Assembly: GCF_006345805.1 (NCBI RefSeq)
Contig: NW_021835380.1
Coordinates: forward strand, 1 to 58,475
Source of the DNA: Octopus sinensis
Lineage: Eukaryota
DNA: 58,475 nucleotides
Direction: 5' to 3'
Below the pieces are notes generated by a model, which was not told the DNA's origin, searched no databases, and saw only the letters and a list, made by a program, of their open reading frames with translations. A program made the translations under genes and the position numbers. Position 1 is the stretch's first letter. Every line of letters begins with the position of its first letter. This document shows, in pieces, positions 48,393-58,475 of the stretch.

Positions 48393-48957
48393 TGTTTTTG
48401 TTGTTTCTTCCATCTCGACCATGCCTGGCTCATAAGGGCCGGTTTCCCGGTTTCCTTGGCGCATAGTTTCCCCACCTGGATGGGACGCCGGTCCGTCCCA
48501 GGTGAGCTGCAAGATGCAGGAGGGAAGAGTGAGAGAAAGTTGTGGCGAAAGAGTCAGCAGAGGTTCGCCATTACCTTCTGCCGGAGCCGCGTGGAGCTTA
48601 ATTATTTTCGCTCATAAACACACACATTCGGTCTGAGATTCGAACCCGCGATCCCTCGACCACGAGTCCGCTGCTCTAACCACTAGGCCATGTGCCTCCA
48701 CCAAAACTGTTCCTTCTCGAGCCATGCCAGGCTCATAAGGGCCGGTTTCCCGGTTTCAGTGGCGTAGAAATTCCCCACCTAGACGGGACGCCGGTCCGTC
48801 GCAGGATTACTCATTTTTGTCAGGTGAGTGGACTGGAGCAACGTGAAAATGAAGTGTTTTGCTCAAGAACACAACGCATCGCCCGGTCCAGGAATCGAAA
48901 CCACAACTTTACGATCATGAATTCAACACCCTAACCACTAAGCCACGCGCCTCCACA
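48393..48957 (-). mobile_element. Heterodimeric SINE-C (two different tRNA-like heads, shared 3' tail) with a single TSD
   Basis: Monomers at 48957-48705 and 48701-48393, each with A and B boxes and tail GAAACCGGGAAACCGGCCCTTATGAGCC; TSD TAAGGC(C/G)GAGGT at 48381 and 48958. Confidence 0.88.
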
Positions 48958-49152
48958 TAAGGCGGAGGTAATAATACTAAATTAGCCTTTTTCTGTGTCT
49001 AAGGAAAGAGAGAAGTAAAAGGAATCGTTCAAAGACACATTTTTTGATGGAATAAATTGTTTGAGAGGAGATTCATTTGGCAACGCTGTTTCTTACTATC
49101 CATCAAACGGGTGGCAAAGGGTAAAGCTTTTGTTTTATATTCTGATGGTAAG

Positions 49153-49780
49153 GGTGTGGTGGTCGTCGTCGTCGTAGTGGTGCTACTGCTGCTGATAGTA
49201 TGCGGTGGTGGTAGTGGTTTTGGGGGTTGTGGTAGTGGTGGTGCTGGTGGTGATGATGATGGTGGTGGTGGTGGTGGTGGTGGTGATGATGGTGGTGGTG
49301 GTGGTGGTGGTGGTGGTAGTGGTGGTGGTGGTGGTGTGGGGGTGTAGTGGTATTGTGATGATGGTGGTGGTGGTGGTGGTGGTGACGGAGGTGGTGGTGG
49401 TGTGGTGATGATGGCGGTGGTGGTGGTAGTGATGGTGATGGGGTGGTGTTGGCCGTGGTGGTGGTGGTGATGGTGGTGGTGGTGGCGGTGGTGGTAGCCG
49501 TCGTGGTGGTAGTGGTGGTGGTGCTGGTGGTGGTGATGATGGCGGTGGTGGTGGTGGTGGTGGTGGTGGTGGCGGTGGTGGCGGTGGTGGTAGCCGTCTT
49601 GGTGGTAGTGGTGGTGGTGCTGGTGGTGGTGATGATGGCGGTGGTGGTGGTGGTGGTGGTGGTTGTAGTGGTTGTGGTGGTAGTGGCGGTAGTGGTGTTG
49701 AATGTGGTGGTGTTGGCCATCGTGGTAGCGGTGGTGGTAGTCGTCGTCGTCGTCGTGAAGGCAATGGTGGTGGTAGTAGC
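49153..49780. repeat. (GGT)n-rich tract with an internal ~100 bp duplication
   Basis: Visible; GGCGGTGGTGGTAGCCGTC.TGGTGGTAGTGGTGGTGGTGCTGGTGGTGGTGATGATGGCGG occurs at ~49483 and ~49580. Confidence 0.92.
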
Positions 49781-51233
49781 CAAGCTAATTCCGACGACGG
49801 TGGCGGTCGATGTTGGAAAAACAAAGAGTATATACCTATATATATATGAATTGCCATTCTCACCTTGATAGAAAGAAAAACAAAACAACCCCCCTAAGAA
49901 CCCCCCATCCCACCCCCACCACGCTTTCAGTCTGCCATCTTTGTAAGGGAAAAATCTCTGTTTCACCTTGATGAAACTCTAGATCTCATTTGAATGGAAT
50001 CATAAATTGATTATTAATGAAACACACAACACCTACTCCAACCAAACATATACATACATACATACATACGTGTGTGTGTGTATGTATATATATATATTAG
50101 ATATCTATATATATATATATATATATATATAGATATATATATATGCACACACACGTATGTATAAGTGTGTGTACATGTGTGTATATATATATATTATATA
50201 TATATAAATTCATCTATATACATATGTGTATCGATATACGCATACATATATATCGATATAAGCATGCATAAATATATATATATATACACGTGTTTAAATG
50301 TGTATGTGTGTGTGCCTGTTTATATATATATATATGTATGTATTGCATATATCTATTTATCCATGTGTGAAGTGTGTGTGTATGTGTCTGTTCATATTTG
50401 TATATATATGTATTACATATATATCTATTCATCCATTTGTGTGTGTGTGTGGTGTGTGTGTGTGTGCGGGCGGGGCGGGCGCTCGGGTGTGTGTGTACCA
50501 ACTAATGTTACCCTCCCCCCTCCGTACCCTGTTTCTCTGAAAAAGGTATTGTTAAGACGCTATCTGCTTGAAATGTTGTACTTTAGGGGTGAATCCCAGG
50601 TAAAATTGTTTGTCTGAACGAATTCTGTAAATAGCTTTCTGGAAATTAGAAGAAGAAATATGAGTAAGAAATGACCGATTTTTTTGTTAACCAAAAAAAA
50701 AATAATAATAATAATAATAATAAAAACACTAGCAGTAAAAGAACACATTGCAGGAATTCCGTCCCATTCCAGACCATTCTGTTCTTTGAGTTTAGTTGGA
50801 TTCGTGTTCTTGTATCTTCGGTAAGGTACCAAGCTACAGGAGAAAGAATGAAAGGAAAGACATGCAGCTAGGGAGAGCGAGAGAGAGGGTGGCGGGGAGA
50901 GGAAAAAGCGATACAGAGAAACGGGAGAGATGGAATGGAGAGAGGAAGACAGAACTTAGAAAGGGAAAGAGGGAGAGAGAGAGAGGGGGAGAGAGAGGAA
51001 AGGGGAAAATTAATAAAGATCTCAAAAGCGTTTATGCTATATATAAGAGATAACCAACATGAATACCTTGTTTCTTGGAAATCTAAGACAAATGCGTGCT
51101 GTAGCGTTTGCATACACCTGTATACAATACCTTTATATTTACAGACGTAGAAGCATACACACGTGTACAATGCACATTTGTATATGAGCATGCGTGCTGT
51201 TGAGTTTGCATACACCTGTATACAATACCTTTA

Positions 51234-51582
51234 TATTTCTTTTTTTTATTGCCCACAAGGGGCTAAACATAGAGGGAACAAACAAGGACAGACAAAGGGA
51301 TTAAGTCGATTACATCAACCCAGTGCGAAACTGGTACTTTATTTAATCGACCCGTAAAGGATGAAAGGCAAAGTCGACCTCGGCAGAATTTGAACTCAGA
51401 AAGTAAAGACACACGAAATACCTATTTCTTTACTACCCACAAGGGGCTAAACATAGAGGGGACAGACTAGGACAGACAAAGGGATTAAGTCGATTATATC
51501 GACCCCAGTGCGTAACTGGTACTTAATTTACCGACCCCGAAAGGATGAAAGGCAAAATCGACCTCGGCGGAATTTGAACTCA
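51234..51582 (-). mobile_element. SINE-A dimer, 5'-truncated
   Basis: Two units with the GAAATACCTATTTC junction; flanked by ACACCTGTATACAATAC.TTTATATTT repeats inside a local ~97 bp duplication. Confidence 0.9.
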
Positions 51583-51735
51583 ACACCTGTATACAATACA
51601 TTTATATTTACAAACGTAGAAACATACACACGTGCACAATGTACATTTGTATATCAGCATGTGTGAGCACGTGCGTGTGTGTGGTGTGTGTGTGTGTGTG
51701 TGTTGTGTGTGTGTGTGTGTGTGTGTGTGTGATTA

Positions 51736-52240
51736 CAGGGTTGACCAAAAGTCACCTGACAGTAAATAAAAAAAAATTTAATTCCAACATTAAAACAAAA
51801 AATTATTTTATAAGAGACTTCTCTAATAGACAAGTGCTGAAAAAAAACGGCGATTTAATTCACAATATTTAATTATTAACATTTAATTATTAAAATTTAA
51901 TTCACAACATTTAATTATTAAGCATTCATAATTGGAATGAATAAATAAGGAGGTGAGCTGGCAGATGCGTTAGCACGCCGGACGAGATGCTTAACCGTAT
52001 TTCGTCCGTCTTTATGTTCTGAGTTCAAATTCCGCAGGGGACGACTTTGCTTCTCATCCTTCAGGGGTCGAAAAAATTAAGTACCAGTTATGCACTGGGA
52101 TCCGTCTAATCGAATATCCGCTTCCCACAAATTTCGGGCCTTGTGCCTAGAGTAGAAAAGAATTGGAATGTCTAAATATAATCGAATATTAAGTATTATG
52201 GAAATTTGGTTTACTGTCGAGTGACTTTTGGTCAACCCTG
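51736..52240. mobile_element. Tc1/mariner-type MITE with TA TSD, containing a nested SINE-A (51948-52160)
   Basis: TA|CAGGGTTGACCAAAAGTCAC...GTGACTTTTGGTCAACCCTG|TA. Confidence 0.9.
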
Positions 52241-52392
52241 TATATATTGAAGGAAATAAAAGTACTAGCCTCTATTTGATATGGAATTCTATGCATTTTT
52301 TAAACGCTTAGAATTCCATATCATCTAGGGGTTAGTACTGAAACATATATGTAGGCTTTTTCACATTTTTTTAGCTTTACAACTTATAATTT

Positions 52393-52590
52393 ATTACCTC
52401 AGCCTTAGAGAAGGCCGAGGTATTGTTTTCAGTCGTGCTTGTTTGTTTGTCCGTGGAAAAGATATCTCAAGAACTGCTGGATGGATTCGGATGAAACTTT
52501 CAGGGATGTTTGGCCTTGTGACTGGCACGGTCTCATTAGATTTCGGGATCGATCCGATACCGGACAAGGATCCTGGATTATTTTTCCAAT
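52393..52590 (-). mobile_element. Helentron-associated element 3' fragment (same family as 48040)
   Basis: Reverse complement of 48225-48392, including hairpin ACCTCAGCCTT..AAGGCCGAGGT. Confidence 0.7.
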
Positions 52591-53006
52591 TTTTTTTTTA
52601 CTTTACATGTATATGTAAAGTTTCACATAGTTCTCTTGTTCACGCACACACATACACACATATACCCACATAATTTCAGCATTGAACATTTACCATCCCA
52701 TTTCCATCGCACACACACACACACACACACACATACATACACGCAGCACGCAAACATACCTCTCTTTTAAACACACATGTACTCGCACTTCAAACGCCTT
52801 TTATCAGCTTTTTCACAGTTTCCTTCGTTATTCATCTCTCACCCCTTCCTTTCTCAATCATACGACGCTCTCTTTGCCACATCGTTTCGTTTTCCTCATT
52901 GTTATTACTTTCTCTCACTCCCTCTCAGTCATGGCTATTACCCTCACTACTTCTCCTTCACTGTATTAGCATTTCATCTCCCTTCCTTTCAAATCCCACT
53001 CTATAT

Positions 53007-53050
<44 letters not shown>

Positions 53051-53435
53051 AGTGAATGGAAGAAATGGAGTTGAACGAAGATTGTACAGATTCCTTTTAT
53101 TACATTCTACACATGTTTCAAAGGCCACAAATTTTTCTGCTGTGATTTTTGCTACCCAGGTATCGGTTAAACATTTGAATAATCTGTAACAAGAAAATTC
53201 ATCTTTCTATTTCAACAAATATATATATATTTTTTTTTTTAATAATATATTACTATTAAAATTAGGAAATCAATATCAAAACTCCTTAGAAAGATATACA
53301 CGTGTGAAAATAATTGTTGTATTAAAAATACATAAATAAACAAACATAAATATGTATAAAAATATATGTAATATGTATAAGTATAAATATATAATGTATA
53401 TGACAGTTTAAAAGTTTTGAATGAATCATTTAAAG

Positions 53436-53527
53436 CATCTTACGATCGTTTCACAGGAGAGTTGTCCCTATAATGAAATCCTATATTGATAAGCATTTAT
53501 AGACAACGCTTCTGCTCTTCAGAGATA
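53436..53527 (-). ncRNA. Type I hammerhead ribozyme, canonical core
   Basis: Minus strand reads TATCT-CTGAAGA-[GCAG..GTTGTC...GACAAC..CTGT]-GAAA-CGATCG-TA-AGATG; palindromic ACGATCGT stem III; GUA triplet. Confidence 0.82.
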
Positions 53528-53544
53528 TAAAATTTGAATTCATG

Positions 53545-53732
53545 TTGTCCCCCCAACATCGCTTGACAACCGATGGTGGTGCGTTTACGTCACCGTAACT
53601 TAGCGGTTCGGCAAAAGACACCGATAGAATAAGTACTAGGCTTACAAATAATAAGTCCTGGGGTCGATTTGCTCGATTAAGGGTGGTACTCCAGCATGGC
53701 CACAGTCAAATGACTAAACAAGTAAAAGAGTA
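53545..53732 (+). mobile_element. SINE family B 3' half
   Basis: TGTCCCCCAACATCGCTTGACAACCGAT..CAGCATGGCCACAGTCAAATGACT. Confidence 0.88.
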
Positions 53733-53751
53733 GACACATATATATATATAT

Positions 53752-53790
<39 letters not shown>

Positions 53791-53856
53791 GGTCCCGGGT
53801 TGATTCGGGGTTAACCACAGTAAATAAGGTACTCAATACATAGCAGAGTAAAATTA

Positions 53857-54115
53857 ATTTATTATATAGAAGGAGCTTCTACAGGACTAGAACTGTTTCA
53901 TTCAAGAGAAATCATCAGGAAGCTAGTTAACAAGAATTGTATTGGCATTTATACATTCAGGCAGGTTTAAAGGGGTGGTGGTGGGGGATTTTTTGGGGGT
54001 AGGCATAGCGCAAAAATATCATACTTGGGGAAGTGGTTTTTTTTGTGTGTATATGTATGTGTGGTCGTGTGTTTATATATGCATGTGTATGTGTATATGT
54101 ATATGCATATATATG

Positions 54116-54146
<31 letters not shown>

Positions 54147-54527
54147 GGTATGTATATATGTATATATATATGTATATATATATATGTGTGTGTGTGTGTA
54201 TGTGTTAGGTATATGTGTGTGTGTGTGTATATGTATACATATATGTTATATGTATAAGTGAGAATCTCCTTATTACCTAAACTCTATTCTTCTATATATT
54301 TTTATTCTTTTATTTATTCTTTTATCTAATTTACCACTGACTCCTTGACCACTCCCCCAAGTATGATATTTTTGCGCTATGCCTACCCCAAAAAGTCCCC
54401 CACCACCACCCCTTTAAACCTGCCTGAATGTATAAATGCCAATACAATTCTTGTTAACTAGCTTCCTGATGATTTCTCTTGAATGAAACAGTTCTAGTCC
54501 TGTAGAAGCTCCTTCTATATAATAAAT
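53857..54527. repeat. Fold-back element: ~180 bp near-identical inverted arms (53857-54037 / 54348-54527), each containing a hammerhead motif
   Basis: Arms are reverse complements with few differences; spacer is TA/TG microsatellite; (TA)n lies on both outer sides. Confidence 0.93.
54460..54510 (+). ncRNA. Hammerhead ribozyme motif (mirror copy on the minus strand at 53874-53924)
   Basis: AGCTTC-CTGATGA-T[TTC tctt GAA]T-GAAA-CAG(ttctagtc)CTG-TA-GAAGCT; stem II closes with a U.U mismatch. Confidence 0.75.
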
Positions 54528-54790
54528 ATATATATATATATATTAATATAAATAACATATAAATATATGCATATATACATACATATATGTATATACCTAC
54601 ATATATATGTATATATACACATATCAAAAAAACGTCAAACAAAATGAGAAACGAGAACATATATATAGTATATACAGACACACACATACAAACATGCGAG
54701 AAGTACACAGACGCCCTTATAATCATTAAAATTCATTTAAATCTGAAATTATACATTCAAATTATTTATTAATTGTTATAATGTGAATAT

Positions 54791-55777
54791 TTAACATTTA
54801 GTAGACATGCCCTTTGCATTTTTAATGCAAGGACCCTATTAGGCATGTTAATGATCAGATGACGAATATTCTCTTGAGGAACTTCTTACAAAGTTTCATG
54901 TAGTAATCTCAAAACATCTGGCTTTGAGGATGATTTCTTGTTCTTTTTATGAAGTATCCTGTCCATTATGTCTCAGATGTGTTCAAAAGGGTCCATATCT
55001 GGTGACTGGCTTTGGCCATGGAAGCTTTTTAATGCCATTCTCATCCAACAAATAATGGGTCCTTTTAGCTGCGTGACAAGGAGCCCCATCTTCTATAAAT
55101 GAAGAGTCTTCTTTAATCATTTCACCACTGGAGAAGATTGGAGGGAGGCCTTTCTGCAATATGGACACGTATTTATCTGAGTTTATGTTTCCCTCACACT
55201 CCACCAGCTCTGATCAACCAGCTGCTGTGATTCATTGTTGGCTGCAATCTTTTAACATCAAATTCTTCATCATAGAGTCTCCAGACTCACACTCGACCAC
55301 TGCCAGGAAATACAGCAAATCTGGACTCATCAGAGAATATGACAGTGTTCCAAAATGCTAGTGACCTCTCCACCATCTCATTGGCGCAGTTTTTTACGCT
55401 TGATGTTGACTAGTCGAAGAAGTGGCTTCCTTCTTGCTGCTCTGAAATAGTAACCAAGTTTCTGGAGATACCGGACAACCGTTCTGAGACTGACATCAAC
55501 TTTTTCTGCTATTTCACAGGCCTTGCAACGAGGATAATCCTGCACACTTCTCTTAGCAAAGAGAAGAGTCCTGTCAGAGGGCCCTAGTTGATCTGGGCGA
55601 GTGATGTGGCCTCTTTCTCCGCTCTTGTGAATTGTATAATCACTCTATTAACTGCAGAAAGCGGGATCCCAAAGTTTTCCGCGAGTTTAGGCGCTGACTA
55701 TGTCCACCTTTAGAATGAACCACAATATGGCGTCTTTGAAATTCAGACAGTTCCAAGGCTTCTTTTGTACATGGCAT
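54791..55777 (-). pseudogene. Tc1 (DD34E) transposase pseudogene
   Basis: ATG at 55777: MPCTKEALELSEFQRRHIV..GYYFRAARRKPLL..VIFSDESRF..ECEGNINSDKYVSIL..EDGAPCH..LPWP/QSPDMDPFEH; stops and frameshifts. Confidence 0.92.
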
Positions 55778-55934
55778 GACTAGACAGTCACATATAGAAC
55801 CTGAAGCATGTCAATTAATAAAAAATATATAAACCATTACCAGTTAAAATAAGCATAAAACGATGTTTTATGGTGTGTCTGTTTACTTCTGTCACACACA
55901 CATACATATACATATACATACACACACACATATA

Positions 55935-56315
55935 TCTTATATAAAATCCGTTCTGTCTGTGTGTGTGTGTGTGTGTGTGTGTTGTGTGTGTGTGTGTGTG
56001 TCTTCTAGGATCTCGGGCATCCTCCATCTGATTGCGCTCAAATTTGATATGTAGATACCGACGGTATCAGGGCGTGTATAAGCCTTGAAAAAATTACAAA
56101 AATCGGTTCCAAGTGAGAATGCGATCGATAAAGCCGTGGGAACGTGAATTTGTACGCGCAAGTACATCAGCTGTTGCGATCGATACTACGCGTACGCAAG
56201 CAAAATGCATGTGCAGTTTGCACAAAAAAAAAGCCGGCTGGCTTGAGAAAATTTGGTTTAAATGTTTGACAACTCAGTACCGTCCATTGGACGGGGGGTG
56301 GGGGCGTTTTGCTCG
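55935..56315 (+). mobile_element. Non-autonomous Helitron
   Basis: 5' A|TCTTATATAAAA followed by (TG)n; 3' hairpin CCGTCCA-T-TGGACGG, then CTCG|T (degenerate CTRR). Confidence 0.65.
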
Positions 56316-56504
56316 TGTGTATATATATATATATATATATAGTGAAAGTAATGATATGGTCTGCAGTTTCTTATTTGTAATGAAAAGTTTCGAAGCAGAA
56401 ATATTTTCATAATTTAATTCCGATTCGTATCGCGGGGAATAATTAGCATCTCCTCGTTACGAATTAAAGGCGATCGTCAACGTAGTCATTCAAACATTTT
56501 GTGA

Positions 56505-57583
56505 AATACTAATTTTGGATTCAAGGTGAACAATGTTTGTGGGAGGGGACTAAACTGGTTACATGGACCCTAATGCTCGACTAGTACTTTGCTTGATCGA
56601 TTTTAAAATGATGAAAGGAAAAGCCGACCTTGGCGGAATTTGAACTCAGACGTAAAGACTGAATAAATACTGCGAAGCATTTTGTCCGGCGTGCGAACGG
56701 TTCTGCCAGTAAGCTGCCTTTAAAAGGCTTTATATAATCCTTTGTATTATTTGGCACAAGGCCTGAAATTTTGAGGTAAGAGACTAGTCGATTACATTGA
56801 CCCCAATGCTCGACTGGTACTTAATTTATCGACCCCAATAGGATGAAAGGCAAAATCAACCTTGGCGGAATTTGAACTCAAAACGAAATGCCGCTAAGCA
56901 TTTTGCACAGCGTGCTAACGCTACTGCCTGGACGCCGTCTTCATAAAAATAATTATTTCAAATTTTAGCACAAGGCCAGCAATGTTGGGGGAGATGATAA
57001 GTCGATTACATGGACACCAGTGCTCAACTGGTACTTAATTTATCGACCTCGAAAGGATGAAAAGCAAAGTCGACCCCCAGTGGAATTTGAACTCAGAACA
57101 TAAAGACAGACGAAATACCGCTAAGCATAAAGATATACGAAATTCCACTCAGCATTTTGTCCGATGTGCTAACGATTATTATTTCTTTATTGCCCACAGG
57201 GGGCTAAACAGAGGGGATAAACAAGGAGATTAAGTCGATTACATCGACCCCAGTGCGTAACTGGTACTTAATTTATCGACCCCGAAAGGATGAAAGGCAA
57301 ACTCGACCTCGGCGGAATTTGAACTCAGAACGTAACGGCAGACGAAATACCTATTTCTTTACTACCCACAAGGGGCTAAATACAGAGAAGACAAACAAGG
57401 ACAGACAAACGGATTAGGTCGATTATATCGATCCCAGTGTGTAACTGGTACTTATTTAATCGACCCCAGAAGGATGAAAGGCAAAGTCGACCTCGGCGGA
57501 ATCTGAACTCAGAACGTAGTGGCAGACGAAACACTGCTAAGCATTTCGCCCGGCGTGCTAATGTTTCTGCCAGCTCACCACCC
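56505..57583 (-). mobile_element. Head-to-tail cluster of five SINE-A units (three tail variants, ending in a dimer at 57180-57583)
   Basis: Core recurs at ~56610, 56840, 57050, 57280 and 57465. Confidence 0.9.
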
Positions 57584-58117
57584 TTAAAGCTTTAAGTAAT
57601 ATCATATAGAATATATGTGTTTAAGACAAAACTCCTGCGCCTTATGTGCAATTTATTGCGCATAAATTTTAACAAAGAAATCTTATATGAGCCCTCCAAG
57701 GATCCTATGGACGCCCAAGAATCTTATGGGCCCTCAATGACCTTATGGACCCCAGTTGAGAACCATGAATCACATAAGTTCAATATATCTAAACATGTAG
57801 AGAACTATACTAGCCAAGGAGGCAACAGCTACAGGGGTCACAAGGTCTACTAGAAATAAAAGACAATCATTCTTCACACCATACCTCTAATATCTTAGAG
57901 AAAATGAAGAGGTAATGTGAGCCTTGATGGATCGTATCTGTATATAAGATAGAATATAGTTGTTACGGCCAAAACATCTTTAATTAAAAGTCAAAAGGAT
58001 GTGGGGCTAATCCTTAAGAGAAAATAATCAAGAAGGGCTATAGTTTTACGTCATACGATGATGACTAGCAGGAAAAAAAACTAGCTGAATAACCCTCAAA
58101 TTGCTTCCTAAAATATT

Positions 58118-58320
58118 GGTTTTAAATTTTGACACAACGCCAGAGATTTCAAGGTAGGGGGTAGTTGGTTACATCAACCCCAGTGCTGGACTGGTTCTTA
58201 CTTTAGCGACCTCGGAAGAATAAAAGGCAAAGTCGACGGAATTTGAACTCAGAATGAAAAGACAGACGATATGCCGCTATACATTTTGCCCGGGGTGCTA
58301 ACAGTTCGGCCATCTCATAG
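58118..58320 (-). mobile_element. SINE family A (tail variant 3), diverged
   Basis: AAAGGCAAAGTCGAC..GGAATTTGAACTCAGAA core; AAATTTTGACACAACGCCAG tail. Confidence 0.8.
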
Positions 58321-58475
58321 CAACTTTCAATATTGATAGATACATATTATATAATTCTCTTCTCTATGCTCTATGTTTGAATATAAGACAAGAAGATTAC
58401 AACTGTAACGGCTGTAAACATCCAGTCTAGTCTGACCTGTGGTTAAATAGCAACCATATCTAGAGTTTGTAAAGA

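Noticed and set aside
49057-49966. Poly-Thr/Pro/Val/Gly/His ORFs resembling mucin or extensin (also 9956-10989)
   Set aside because: (GGT)n microsatellite open in most frames; no splice or codon evidence for a real exon.
53090-53130. Hammerhead 3' half (GAAACATGTGTA on the minus strand)
   Set aside because: No matching CUGANGA core upstream; at most a truncated remnant.
2-58475. The many 60-417 aa ORFs rich in YI, HT, CV, MYVC or LS repeats (e.g. 25226-26479, 24385-25164)
   Set aside because: They are translations of (TA)n, (CA)n, (TG)n and (ATGT)n microsatellites that lack stop codons by composition; no domain content.

Overview
Eukaryotic, AT-rich, gene-poor DNA, almost certainly from an Octopus-type coleoid cephalopod. 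This is inferred from the extreme microsatellite density and the SINE repertoire. I found no convincing host protein-coding exon. Nearly all ORFs in the supplied track are translated microsatellites or SINEs. The window is a nested mosaic of mobile elements. (i) Three tRNA-derived SINE families, labelled A, B and C here, about 50 copies in total. (ii) Decayed LINEs: CR1/L2-like 3' ends, an RTE 3' end, an R4/Dong element with a restriction-like endonuclease, and Penelope-like RT remnants. (iii) Several Tc1/mariner transposase remnants and MITEs. (iv) Helitron/Helentron-like non-autonomous elements. The most notable structure is a recurring class of microsatellite-flanked fold-back elements and pseudo-LTR-like segments carrying type I hammerhead ribozyme motifs; the best examples are at 16762, 53436, 54460/53874, 5101 and 22581. 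Other points of interest: SINE-B shares a 3' stem-loop with compensatory changes with a CR1-like LINE; SINE-A dimers and trimers with a fixed junction are inserted as single TSD-flanked units; an R4/Dong LINE sits in a (TACA)n array. All family assignments come from reading motifs by eye and need database confirmation.
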